Shown here: positions 8,710 through 17,349 of the stretch, piece after piece
How the letters are laid out: every line of letters starts with the position of its first letter
Numbering within the stretch: position 1 is the stretch's first letter
Source of the DNA: Methanobacteriota archaeon
GTDB lineage: Archaea; Thermoplasmatota; Thermoplasmata; Methanomassiliicoccales; UBA472
Length of the DNA stretch: 44,770 bases
Direction: 5' to 3'
Assembly: GCA_029560215.1 (NCBI GenBank)
Contig: JAKPZB010000068.1
Span: forward strand, 1-44,770
The notes under the pieces: generated by a model
The model's input: the letters and a program-made list of their open reading frames with translations, nothing else
Told to the model about the DNA's origin: nothing
The model's database searches: none
Translations under genes and position numbers: made by a program

Positions 8710-10129
8710 CCTTCGCCGCCAGCATCCCCTGCTCATACTGCTCGATACCGGGCGGGGGCTGATATCCAACCTCAGCTTCGCCCTCATCATAGCCATATCC
8801 CTGCCAGACGACATGTTCGGAGGGTTCATCGGCAATGCTATCGTAGCCTTGCTGGCCATGTTCGGTCTCTCCGCGTTGTTCAATGTCCTGCGCTGGTACT
8901 TCTTCCTCTATCGGTACGAGGAGGGGATGGTCCACATCCGTCAGGGCGTGCTCTTCAAACGGGAGAGGACCATCAAACGTGATCGCGTCCAGTCGATGAA
9001 CACCAACGCCAACGTGCTCCAGCAAGCGTTCGGGCTGGTCACCTTGCAGATCAAGACCGCCGGGGTCAGCGTGGACGCCGAGGTGAACCTGCGGGCCGTA
9101 TCAAAAAAAGAGGCGGAGAGCATCAAGGAGCATCTGTACGCCAAGGAAGCGCGTTCCGAGACCGAGCCGGTGGAGGTGCCCAAGGCATCCCGCTTCCTGC
9201 AGGGCCGGGACATCTGGCTGGCGGCGCTGACCTCCGGTCGGTTCATGGTCCTGTTCTCCGTCGTCGCGGTCGTCTACGCCCAGGTCTACGAGTACATTCC
9301 GCAGAGCTATCTGGACCAGGCGGTGGAGAGCCTCTCCACCATCCCGCTGATGGTCGGAATAGGCATCGCCCTGGGGCTGTTCCTGCTCACCTGGGCCCTG
9401 TCGGCCATAGTCTTCGTCATCCAGTTCGCTAATTTTTCTGTGCGTCGCTTCGAGGACCGCCTGGAGATAAGCTGGGGCGTGTTGAAGAAGAACCACGTCA
9501 CGGTGAAGCTGCACCGTCTGCAGGCCGTAATGGTCTATCAGGGGGTCCTGCGTCAGCCGTTCGGCCTCTGTACCATGATGGTGGAGGTGGCTGGTGGCGG
9601 GTCCAAGGAGCAGGAGAGGGTGTCCCTGCTGCATCCGCTCATCCGCAGGAAGGAGGTCGAGGGCTTCCTGAGGGATATCCTGCCGGAGTACCATCTGCCC
9701 TCATGTTCGGTGGTCCTGCCGAAGCGGGCGCTGCGCCGTTACCTGTTCCGCTCCACGGTGCCGGTGGCGTTGCTCACTGGTGCTATCATGATTGCTTTCT
9801 ACTTCTGGGGCGTTCCTTATTCCTGGGTCCCGCTCCTTTTGCTGGCGCCAGCTTTGCTTCTCGGTCTCTCCAGGCACCGCAACGGCTCCATATCCGTGGA
9901 AGGGGACCAGCTCTCCCTCCGCTTCCGCAACGTCAGTTTAGTCCAGGTACTGATCAAGCGATCGCACATCCAGTCCTTGTCGCTCATAGCGAACCCTTTC
10001 CAACGGCTTGCTGGGCTGCGCACCGCGCAGGCCTCCTTCCTCTCCTCCCCGGCCGGGAAGAGCTACTCGCTCAAGGACCTGGAGGCAGAGGACGCCCAGG
10101 CGGTTCGGGACTGGTATTCCCGGAACTAG
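8702..10129 (+). CDS. YdbT-like membrane protein with repeated bPH_2 domains
   Basis: Three repeated TM-pair plus PH-like modules. The ATG at 8702 overlaps the ydbS-like stop by 8 nt (ATGTCTGA); the track start at 8693 is GTG. Confidence 0.75.
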   Translation: MSDLRRQHPLLILLDTGRGLISNLSFALIIAISLPDDMFGGFIGNAIVALLAMFGLSALFNVLRWYFFLYRYEEGMVHIRQGVLFKRERTIKRDRVQSMNTNANVLQQAFGLVTLQIKTAGVSVDAEVNLRAVSKKEAESIKEHLYAKEARSETEPVEVPKASRFLQGRDIWLAALTSGRFMVLFSVVAVVYAQVYEYIPQSYLDQAVESLSTIPLMVGIGIALGLFLLTWALSAIVFVIQFANFSVRRFEDRLEISWGVLKKNHVTVKLHRLQAVMVYQGVLRQPFGLCTMMVEVAGGGSKEQERVSLLHPLIRRKEVEGFLRDILPEYHLPSCSVVLPKRALRRYLFRSTVPVALLTGAIMIAFYFWGVPYSWVPLLLLAPALLLGLSRHRNGSISVEGDQLSLRFRNVSLVQVLIKRSHIQSLSLIANPFQRLAGLRTAQASFLSSPAGKSYSLKDLEAEDAQAVRDWYSRN

Positions 10130-10216
10130 GCTCCCGGCGAATTGGTTCGAGGTTCAGGATACGGGGACCAAAATCATTATCCACCTAAAGCAACGATAGT
10201 CTGGTCAGGTGTCACA

Positions 10217-10828
10217 ATGGAGCAAGCCAAGAGATACGAGCTGCCGAAGCTCGCCTACGGATACAAGGACCTCGCCCCCTTCCTGAGCGAGGAGCAGTTG
10301 ACCGTCCACCACACCAAGCACCACGCGGCGTACGTGAACGCCGCGAACGCCATACTGGACAAGCTGGACAAGGCCCGGGCGGAGAACGCCGACCTGGACC
10401 TGAAGGCCTTGGACAAGGACCTCTCCTTCCAGATCGGCGGGCACTACCTGCACTCGGTGTACTGGGAGACGCTTTGCCCCCTCGGAAAGGGAGGGGAGCC
10501 CTCCGGCAAGCTGAAGGCCGAGCTGGAGAAGGAGTTCGGTTCCATCGACCGCTTCAAGAAGGAGTTCACCGCCGCGGCCGCTTCCGCCGAGGGGTCCGGC
10601 TGGGCCGTCCTGGTGTACTGCATGGCGCTTCACAAGCCGATCATCTTACAGGTGGAGAAGCACAACGTGAACGTGATCCCCGGCTTCCGGGTGCTGATGT
10701 CCCTGGACGTCTGGGAGCACGCGTACTACATAGACTACAAGAACCTGCGGCCAAAGTACATCGAGGCCTTCTGGAACCAGGTCAACTGGGACGCCGTGGG
10801 CAAGAAGCTGGACGCCATCCTGAAGTGA
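10217..10828 (+). CDS. sod: Fe/Mn superoxide dismutase
   Basis: [30 protein letters not shown] and the DVWEHAYY metal-ligand motif. Start at MEQAK. Confidence 0.92.
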   Translation: MEQAKRYELPKLAYGYKDLAPFLSEEQLTVHHTKHHAAYVNAANAILDKLDKARAENADLDLKALDKDLSFQIGGHYLHSVYWETLCPLGKGGEPSGKLKAELEKEFGSIDRFKKEFTAAAASAEGSGWAVLVYCMALHKPIILQVEKHNVNVIPGFRVLMSLDVWEHAYYIDYKNLRPKYIEAFWNQVNWDAVGKKLDAILK

Positions 10829-10835
10829 AACGTCA

Positions 10836-10856
10836 AAGGCTGATACGCCCAGCCTT
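10836..10856 (+). terminator. Hairpin AAGGCTG-N7-CAGCCTT just after the sod stop, followed by a T-rich tract
   Basis: 7-bp perfect stem read from the sequence. Archaeal termination normally relies on oligo-T, so its role is uncertain. Confidence 0.3.
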
Positions 10857-10886
10857 CAATCCTTTCCCATTTCCTGCTGGGCCAAG

Positions 10887-10898
10887 TAAATATTTATA
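10887..10898 (+). promoter_or_regulatory. TATA-box-like element TAAATATTTATA upstream of nadA
   Basis: Centred about 30 nt upstream of the nadA ATG, which implies a leaderless or very short-leader mRNA. Confidence 0.35.
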
Positions 10899-10922
10899 CG
10901 GATTTCGGCATGAGTTGGCGAA

Positions 10923-11831
10923 ATGAACGCCGCGGAGCGTATCCAGGAGCTCAAGGCGCAGCGCAAGGCGGTCATCCTGGCCCATAACTACCAGTCACCG
11001 GAGGTGCAGGACGTGGCCGATTACGTGGGCGATTCCCTCGGCCTTTCCCAGAAGGCGGCCAGCACCGACGCCGAGGTCATCATATTCTGCGGGGTGGACT
11101 TCATGGCCGAGAGCGCCAAGATACTTTCCCCGGACAAGAAGGTCGTCCTGCCGGAATCGGACGCCATGTGCCCCATGTCGGCCATGTGCACCGACCTGGA
11201 GCTCGCCCCGGTCAAAGAGAAATATCCCGAGGCGGCCATCGTCGCTTACGTCAACACCTCCGCGGCCGTGAAAGCGCTGGCGGACGTGTGCTGCACCTCC
11301 GCCAACGCCGTCAGGGTCGTGGGCAAGATGCCGCAGAAGCGCATAATATTCGTACCGGACCGGAACCTTGGAGCGTACGTGCAGAGGTTCCACCCGGATA
11401 AGGAGATACTGCTCTGGCCCGGTTTCTGCCCCACCCATCACGACATCGACGTTCAGCAGCTGAACGAGATCAAGAGGAAGCACCCCAAGGCCAAGCTGAT
11501 GGTGCATCCGGAATGCACGCCCGAGGTCATCGACCTCGCCGATCACGTCTCCTCCACCGAAGGGATGATAAAGTACGCCAAGACCTCCGACGCGCAGGAG
11601 TTCATCGTCGGCACCGAGGTGGACATGACCTACCGCCTGGGGAAGGAGGCGCCCGGCAAGACCTTCATTCCCGTTCCGACCGCCGTCTGCCCGAACATGA
11701 AGCGCACCACGATATCGTCGCTCATCAAGGCCCTGGAGACGCTCTCCCCGGAGATCACCCTCTCCCCGGAGATAATCGAGGCGGCCAGGAGACCCCTGGA
11801 GAGGATGATGGAGATAGGGCGCGGGGATTAG
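10923..11831 (+). CDS. nadA: Quinolinate synthase
   Basis: 302 aa. ILAHNYQ, FCGVDFMAESAKIL, HPEC and VCPNMK blocks typical of NadA. Confidence 0.93.
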   Translation: MNAAERIQELKAQRKAVILAHNYQSPEVQDVADYVGDSLGLSQKAASTDAEVIIFCGVDFMAESAKILSPDKKVVLPESDAMCPMSAMCTDLELAPVKEKYPEAAIVAYVNTSAAVKALADVCCTSANAVRVVGKMPQKRIIFVPDRNLGAYVQRFHPDKEILLWPGFCPTHHDIDVQQLNEIKRKHPKAKLMVHPECTPEVIDLADHVSSTEGMIKYAKTSDAQEFIVGTEVDMTYRLGKEAPGKTFIPVPTAVCPNMKRTTISSLIKALETLSPEITLSPEIIEAARRPLERMMEIGRGD

Positions 11832-11838
11832 TCCTTTT

Positions 11839-12459
11839 TTATAACAGGGTCTGCAGGGCGTCGAACACGAACAGAAGCGCGAACACTATCATCAGGACCC
11901 CGGAGCCGGCGATCACCCGCTGATGCCAGGTGCTGCTCCATTTCCCCTTGGTACCGAATATGGTCATTCCGACGAAGCCTTCCCAAAGGAAGTCGCAGGT
12001 GATGTGCACCAGGGCGAAGAAGGGCAGCATCCACCATCCGAAGGTGACGGCGGTCGCCGTGAGCGCGGCGCCGACCGTCGCCCACCAGAGAAGCCAACCG
12101 GGGTTGAAGGCGGTGGTCGTCACACCAGCCCAGAAGGGGCTCTGCTGCCTGGTGTCGCAGCTGGTGACGACCTCCTTGTGCGTCCGTATGATGTCGTAAC
12201 CCATGTACATCAGTATCACCCCTCCCAGCAGTCCGATGGCGCCCAGCACCATGTCGTTCCTCAGGAAGACGCTCAGCCCCAGGAATATGGCGGCTATGGT
12301 CGGGACCTCGACCAGGGCGTGGCCCAGGGCTATCTTCCAGCCGGACCAGCGGTCATGGAAGCCGCAGGCGATGGTCACGGCGAAGACGGGGCCGGGCATC
12401 AGCACCCCGGAAAGGGATATCACGGCCACGGAGCCCAGGAAGAGAAGCGCGGAGTCCAT
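11839..12459 (-). CDS. LysE/RhtB-family amino-acid exporter
   Basis: 206 aa with about 6 TM helices. The N-terminal pattern LSGVLMPGPVFAVTI is typical of LysE-type translocators. Confidence 0.8.
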   Translation of the reverse strand: MDSALLFLGSVAVISLSGVLMPGPVFAVTIACGFHDRWSGWKIALGHALVEVPTIAAIFLGLSVFLRNDMVLGAIGLLGGVILMYMGYDIIRTHKEVVTSCDTRQQSPFWAGVTTTAFNPGWLLWWATVGAALTATAVTFGWWMLPFFALVHITCDFLWEGFVGMTIFGTKGKWSSTWHQRVIAGSGVLMIVFALLFVFDALQTLL

Positions 12460-12468
12460 GTGCTCAGC

Positions 12469-13104
12469 TCACAGGTACCAGTCGACGGTCAGGTTGATGT
12501 AATCGTCGGGGGCCATGTCCCGCAGCGTGCCGCTCTCCACCTCGATGATGGATACGCTGTGGATGCGGGAGTTCATGATCTCGTCCATGCTCACCGGGGG
12601 GCTCTTGTAGTAGAGGTCGCAATAATGCTTGACCAGCCAGGCCTCCTTCTCGTCCCGGTCCCGCGGCGGGCGGGTGAAGAAGGGCATCACCGGCATCACG
12701 TAGTGCGGCGGAGCGGCCAGGGAGAACTTGTGGCAGTGATTGCTGTACCGGGCGATCTTGGAAGCGATCCTCGCCCGGATGTAATCCATGGGGTCCAGGG
12801 CGTGGGCCGGCGGGACGTAGCCGGTCTCCACCTCCACGATCATGACCCCGTCGCCCTTTCTAGCGTAGACGTCGCAGCTCAGCCCGGCGTCGATCATGTG
12901 CTCCAGATCGACCTCGTAGCCGTCCTGCACCAGGTACTTGGCCACGATCATCTCCAGGACCGAGTGGTTGATCTTGAGCAGGTTCTTCTCCTTGAGGTCG
13001 ACGAGCCGCTGCTCCAGTTTGCGGAGGGCCTCCTCGCACGGCGGATCGCAGCCGGCGACCAGCTTGTTCATCAGCGATTCCAGGTCCTGAGCGAACTTGT
13101 CCAA
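12469..13104 (-). CDS. Hypothetical protein; weak resemblance to the restriction-endonuclease-like (PD-(D/E)xK) fold
   Basis: 211-aa GC3-rich ORF lying 9 nt upstream of the LysE gene. The segment E..YLVQDGYEVDLE..CDVYARKGDGVMIVEVETG resembles a nuclease core, but the canonical Lys is absent. Confidence 0.55.
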   Translation of the reverse strand: MDKFAQDLESLMNKLVAGCDPPCEEALRKLEQRLVDLKEKNLLKINHSVLEMIVAKYLVQDGYEVDLEHMIDAGLSCDVYARKGDGVMIVEVETGYVPPAHALDPMDYIRARIASKIARYSNHCHKFSLAAPPHYVMPVMPFFTRPPRDRDEKEAWLVKHYCDLYYKSPPVSMDEIMNSRIHSVSIIEVESGTLRDMAPDDYINLTVDWYL

Positions 13105-13141
13105 AAGGATGCCTCTGTTCCGGTAAACACGAACCTAATCC

Positions 13142-13381
13142 TTACTTTTTATGCTCCTTGCAGACCACCAGGGTGAGGGTGGAGCGAACCCCCGGCAGGT
13201 CCCGGATGGCGATGATGGCCGCGCTCATCTCGTCCTCCGAAGGGGCCTGCACCTTGACCAGTATGTCGTACACCCCGTACACCATGTAGCATTCCTTGAC
13301 GGAAGGCATCTGGCAGAAGGCCTCCATCACCCGCCCCTCGGCGCCGATGTCGGTGGTGATCGCCACGATGGCGCTGTTCAT
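13142..13381 (-). CDS. Stand-alone Lrp/AsnC ligand-binding (RAM) domain protein
   Basis: 79 aa. The VKECYMVYGVYDILVKVQAPSEDEM...IRDLPGVRST pattern matches the AsnC C-terminal domain. There is no HTH. Confidence 0.75.
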   Translation of the reverse strand: MNSAIVAITTDIGAEGRVMEAFCQMPSVKECYMVYGVYDILVKVQAPSEDEMSAAIIAIRDLPGVRSTLTLVVCKEHKK

Positions 13382-13457
13382 GATTACGCTATTGGGCTAG
13401 CCTGAAAATAAGGTTACCGCCGTCTGATGAAGAAGGTCGACGGCAATGACACAGCTC

Positions 13458-13616
13458 TCACTCCTCCGCGGAGGGGGAGAACACGTCGGTCACGGTCCCG
13501 GTCTCGCAGGATACGCTGAAGCCGTATCCCTCGGAGGTTATCTCGTGAGCTACGCGAAGGGAGTAGGGCACTCCCACGTAGTTGTTCTTCGCCTCTTCCA
13601 AAGCCATCTGATCCAT
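13458..13616 (-). CDS. Unannotated small ORF (52 aa), hypothetical
   Basis: ATG preceded by AAAAGAGGTATTAG (SD GAGGT at good spacing). Codons are GC3-rich. Translation: MDQMALEEAKNNYVGVPYSLRVAHEITSEGYGFSVSCETGTVTDVFSPSAEE. It falls below the ORF-track length cutoff. Confidence 0.4.
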   Translation of the reverse strand: MDQMALEEAKNNYVGVPYSLRVAHEITSEGYGFSVSCETGTVTDVFSPSAEE

Positions 13617-13785
13617 CTAATACCTCTTTTTCGGGAATTGGTGATTATTGCGGAACAGCACATAACCGTGATGTTCGGCAATCTGCAAGGTTAACAGGAC
13701 TATGTCTAATTTTGGACAATAATCAAGGGAGCAAACGTTTAATTCGTGTCAGGGAGTAACCGCACACGTCATTGGACCACTTATC

Positions 13786-13853
13786 GGATCGATGAAGAGA
13801 AGAGGGTCAGCTGATCTTCGCGGAAATGATGAACCCTATGAGTGCAGAGATCC
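13786..13853 (+). ncRNA. Candidate C/D-box sRNA (2'-O-methylation guide)
   Basis: Terminal stem GGATC/GATCC. C box ATGAAGA (13792-98), a 12-nt guide, D' box CTGA (13811-14), an 11-nt spacer, perfect C' box ATGATGA (13826-32), a 12-nt guide, D box CAGA (13845-48). The two deviations from consensus fall on the positions that pair with each other (the U.U position) in a k-turn. Confidence 0.5.
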
Positions 13854-13864
13854 CGGTCCAGGAC

Positions 13865-14380
13865 TCACTCCAGGCGGCGGACCGAGATGTGCAGGCCGGG
13901 GGAGCGGTCGCAATCACCGTAGCATTTGCCGGCGGTGATGCGCACCACCTGCGAATCGTCGGGGATGAGGATGTTGGTAATGCCGTCGAGAACCGCCCGC
14001 ACCAGCTTGTCCAGGTCCGGGCGCTTGGTGTTCTGCTTCCAGCGCTTGGGCGTGCTCTTCGGCCGGGTGAAGACGAACTCCATGGTCACCTCGTAACCGA
14101 GGCGGCGGTCCTCCGAGAAGTAGCTCTGCGGACGTAGTTCGTTCTCATGCTGCGCTTCGGTCGCAATGCGGTTGCGCCAGGCTTCCGTGTTGGCGTTGGT
14201 GTGTGTCGTCACCACCCGCTCCAGCTTCTTGATGTAGAACGCTTTAGTCGAGCCCTGCGGCACCGGTTCGCCGGCGACGAAGAACTCGATGACGTCCGGA
14301 TCGAACTCCTCGTAGGTCATGAAGTCCACCGGTCCCGCCTCGTGCTCCTCAGCGTCCGCTGCTTGATCATTCACGTGCAT
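13865..14380 (-). CDS. rusA: RusA-family Holliday-junction resolvase (phage/bacterial type)
   Basis: The KRPDLDKLVRAVLDGITNILIPDDSQVVRI block matches the RusA catalytic signature (E. coli RusA: [29 protein letters not shown]). It carries an acidic N-terminal extension; MTYEEF at 14320 is an alternative start. Confidence 0.8.
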   Translation of the reverse strand: MHVNDQAADAEEHEAGPVDFMTYEEFDPDVIEFFVAGEPVPQGSTKAFYIKKLERVVTTHTNANTEAWRNRIATEAQHENELRPQSYFSEDRRLGYEVTMEFVFTRPKSTPKRWKQNTKRPDLDKLVRAVLDGITNILIPDDSQVVRITAGKCYGDCDRSPGLHISVRRLE

Positions 14381-14435
14381 CCCAGAGGGGATATGAATAC
14401 TCCAGGTAATATAATTTTACCTGTTGAACGCAGGC

Positions 14436-15746
14436 TCAAGGCACCAGCCGGTTGCGGTCCCTGGGGAACAGAATCGTTTCCCGGATGTTGCTCAGGCCGA
14501 GCATCTTCTGCACCATCCTCTCGACGCCCAATCCCCATCCCCCGTGCGCCGGCATGCCGTAGGCGAAGGCGTTCAGGTAGAACTCGAACGATTTCGGGTC
14601 CAGCTGCATCTTCTCCATCCTCTGCACCAGGCGGTCGTAGCGGTGCTCCCGCTGCCCGCCGGAGGATATCTCCTGGCCTTTGTAGTCCAGGTCGAAGGAG
14701 TAGGAGTAGGGCGTACCCTCCTTCTCCATGATGTAGAACGGCTTGGCGGCCTCTGGGTATTCGGCTATCCAGTACATCTCGTATCCGTCCTGGACCATCA
14801 GTTCGCCCAGAAGCTTCTCCCCCTCCGTGCCCAGGTCCTCTCCCAGCTCGATCTTGAAGCCGGCTCCCTGCACCATGCCGACCGCCTTCTCGTAGGAGAC
14901 CACCGGATAGGGCGCTTTAGGAACGGCGACGTCGCAGCCCAGGGCCCGCAAGGCCCAGTCGCCGCGCTCCTTGACCTCGGCGATGACGAACTGGGTGCAT
15001 CCTTCGATCATGGCCATGACGTCCCGCTGCGAGTCGATGTGGGCCATCTCCCCGTCGAAGGAGATGAACTCGGAGACGTGGCGGGCGGTGTCGGACGGTT
15101 CGGCGCGGAACGCCGGACCGATCTCGAACACCCGGTCCAGGCCGGTGGACATGAGCATCTGCTTGTAGAGCTGAGGCGATTGAGCGAGATAGGCCTGCTT
15201 TCCGAAGTAGTCCACCTTGAACAGGGTGGAGCCGCCCTCGGCGCCGGACGCCACCAGCTTCGGCGTGAACACCTCGACGAAGCCGTTGTCGGCCAGGTAC
15301 TCGTCGATGAGCCGCATGGTCAGCGACTTGATCTCGAAGACCGCGCGAACCTCCGGCTTCCGGAGGTCCATGTAGCGGTGGTTGAACCTGGTCTCCGTTT
15401 CCACGTCCACCTTGTCCACCACGCCCATGGGCAGCGGGGTCTGGGCCGCTCCGGTGACGATCAGCGAGGAGGGTATGATCTCGTACCCCGCCTTCACCTG
15501 GGCGCTCGGCTTCACGGTGCCGGTGACGCGAACCACGGATTCCCTGGCCAACGACGTGATGGCCTGCATGACCTCCGGGGCGATCTTCTTCTTGGGAGCG
15601 GTCACCTGGACCACGCCATAGCGGTCCCGCAGGATCAGGAAGGAGATGCCGCCGAGGTTGCGCACCTCCTGCGCCCAGCCCTCCACGGTCACTTCCTTCT
15701 CGTACTCGTTGGCGGTAATGGAACGGGAATCGTAAAGCATGCTCAC
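14436..15746 (-). CDS. aspS: Aspartyl-tRNA synthetase, archaeal type
   Basis: 436 aa with an N-terminal OB anticodon-binding domain. Class II motifs are present (FRAE, GGSTLF, and the GLGVERM motif 3 region). Confidence 0.95.
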   Translation of the reverse strand: MSMLYDSRSITANEYEKEVTVEGWAQEVRNLGGISFLILRDRYGVVQVTAPKKKIAPEVMQAITSLARESVVRVTGTVKPSAQVKAGYEIIPSSLIVTGAAQTPLPMGVVDKVDVETETRFNHRYMDLRKPEVRAVFEIKSLTMRLIDEYLADNGFVEVFTPKLVASGAEGGSTLFKVDYFGKQAYLAQSPQLYKQMLMSTGLDRVFEIGPAFRAEPSDTARHVSEFISFDGEMAHIDSQRDVMAMIEGCTQFVIAEVKERGDWALRALGCDVAVPKAPYPVVSYEKAVGMVQGAGFKIELGEDLGTEGEKLLGELMVQDGYEMYWIAEYPEAAKPFYIMEKEGTPYSYSFDLDYKGQEISSGGQREHRYDRLVQRMEKMQLDPKSFEFYLNAFAYGMPAHGGWGLGVERMVQKMLGLSNIRETILFPRDRNRLVP

Positions 15747-15781
15747 TCCTCTGAATGGAACGGCTCGATATCTCCCATTCT

Positions 15782-15791
15782 GCTTATAAGC
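15782..15791. promoter_or_regulatory. Palindromic TATA-like element GCTTATAAGC upstream of aspS
   Basis: It lies 36-45 nt upstream of the aspS ATG, and an SD-like GAGGAG sits in between. A second A/T block (AAAAATTAAAG, about 15835-15845) lies about 30 nt upstream of the ferredoxin gene. Confidence 0.3.
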
Positions 15792-15872
15792 ATTGGCGGT
15801 CCAGGCATCCGTTCGTTCCTATCGGGCGGTAAAGCGAAAAATTAAAGTCGTCCGGGCGGGGTGATGACATGC

Positions 15873-16097
15873 ATGCCCGTTAAAGTCACCATCGACCAGA
15901 ACGAGTGCACCGGATGCGGCATCTGCTACAATGACGAATGCCCGGATTTCTTCATGGAGGGGGACGACGGCAACTCCAACGTGAAACCGCTGTACCAGAA
16001 GGGGGACAAGTCCCTGGGCGAGGCTCCGGACAGCCTAGCCAACTGCGTCAAGAACGCCGAAGCTTCCTGCCCCGCCTCCGCCATAAGCGTGAAATAG
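15873..16097 (+). CDS. Small single-cluster 4Fe-4S/3Fe-4S ferredoxin
   Basis: CTGCGIC...CP and a distal C..CP motif, about 74 aa. ATG at 15864 and GTG at 15861 are alternative starts. Confidence 0.8.
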   Translation: MPVKVTIDQNECTGCGICYNDECPDFFMEGDDGNSNVKPLYQKGDKSLGEAPDSLANCVKNAEASCPASAISVK

Positions 16098-16206
16098 AAC
16101 TGGCTTTCCCCCTTTCGAAGGCCGAAGGTCGTCGTTCAGCGATATTGGTTCATCAAACATTATATATCCCACCAGTAATTCTGAGAATCGAAGGTATGGG
16201 ATTCTA

Positions 16207-17349
16207 ATGTCTCAGAAGGTCACAGTCTCTGTTATCAAAGCTGATGTTGGATCGGTCGCCGGGCACTCCAAGCCGCACCCCAAGATGATGCGCAAGTGCG
16301 AAGAGGTGCTGGTCGAGGGGGTCAAGTCCGGGGTCATCAACGACTTCTACGTCACCAGGGTGGGCGACGACATCAACCTGTTCATGACCCACTACAAGGG
16401 CGAGAACCACAAGGACGTGCACTCCTTGGCCTGGACCGCCTTCCAGAGCGCCGCCAAGCTGGCCAAGGAGATGAAGATGTACGCCGCCGGGCAGGACATT
16501 CTCTCCGACGCATTCAGCGGCAACATCCGCGGCATGGGCCCCGGGGCGGCCGAGGTGGAGTTCACCGAGAGGGGCGCCGAGCCCATGGTGTTCTTCATGG
16601 CCGACAAGACCGAGCCTTCCTCCTACTCCATGCCCCTTTCCCGCATCTTCATGGACCCCTTCACCACCACTGGTCTGGTCATCGACCCGAGGGCCCACGA
16701 GGGATTCCGCTTCGAGATCGTGGACGTCATGGACTCCAAGAAGATCGTGATGTCCGCTCCCGAGGAGACCTATGATATTCTGAGCTTGATCGGCGACACC
16801 ACTCGCTACGCCATCAAGAGGGTCATGAGCAAGGACAAGAACATCGGTACCGCCTGCGTGGTCAGCACCAAGAAGCTGAACATCTGCGCCGGCAAGTACG
16901 TCGGAAAGGACGACCCCGTGGCCGTGGTGCGCTGCCAGAGCGGCCTGCCCGCGGTGGGCGAGGTATTGCAGCCCTTCATGTTCCCCGCCCTGGTCGCTGG
17001 ATGGATGCGCGGTTCGCACTACGGCGCCTGGTATCCCTGCTCGGTGGAGGATTCCGATCCCACCTACTTCGACGGCCCGCCGCGGATCTGCGCCCTGGGC
17101 TTCCAGATCAGCAACGGCCGCTTCCAAGGCCTCGAGGACCCCGACGCCCCGCTGGGCAAGAAGACACCGGTGGACTACTTCGCCGGAAGCGTTTGGGACG
17201 AGGCCAGGAGGAAGGCCGTCCGGGCCAGCATCTACATGCGCCAGCACGGGCCGTTCATGCCCTCTATCCTCGGTCCGGAGGAGATGGAGTATACCACCCG
17301 CCCGGCCGTCCTCGGCAAGCTGAAGGACAGGATGGAGAAGATTGACTGA
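16207..17349 (+). CDS. fbp: Fructose-1,6-bisphosphate aldolase/phosphatase (class V FBPase)
   Basis: N-terminal VSVIKADVGSVAGHSKPHP signature and the 380-aa length typical of the archaeal bifunctional enzyme. Confidence 0.95.
   Translation: MSQKVTVSVIKADVGSVAGHSKPHPKMMRKCEEVLVEGVKSGVINDFYVTRVGDDINLFMTHYKGENHKDVHSLAWTAFQSAAKLAKEMKMYAAGQDILSDAFSGNIRGMGPGAAEVEFTERGAEPMVFFMADKTEPSSYSMPLSRIFMDPFTTTGLVIDPRAHEGFRFEIVDVMDSKKIVMSAPEETYDILSLIGDTTRYAIKRVMSKDKNIGTACVVSTKKLNICAGKYVGKDDPVAVVRCQSGLPAVGEVLQPFMFPALVAGWMRGSHYGAWYPCSVEDSDPTYFDGPPRICALGFQISNGRFQGLEDPDAPLGKKTPVDYFAGSVWDEARRKAVRASIYMRQHGPFMPSILGPEEMEYTTRPAVLGKLKDRMEKID

Noticed and set aside
10142-10216. 25-codon upstream extension of the SOD ORF
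   Set aside because: SOD homologs begin at the [12 protein letters not shown]-type N-terminus, and the extension has no SD or conserved sequence. The same reasoning was applied to the extensions at 7551-7670, 8106-8348, 33426-33500, 34904-34933 and 44542-44574.
14424-15845. 473-aa plus-strand ORF antisense to aspS
   Set aside because: Antisense artefact. The same reasoning applies to 361-1386, 4816-5913, 11923-13176, 18356-19906, 26784-28184, 29930-31216, 24797-25774 and 25614-26465.
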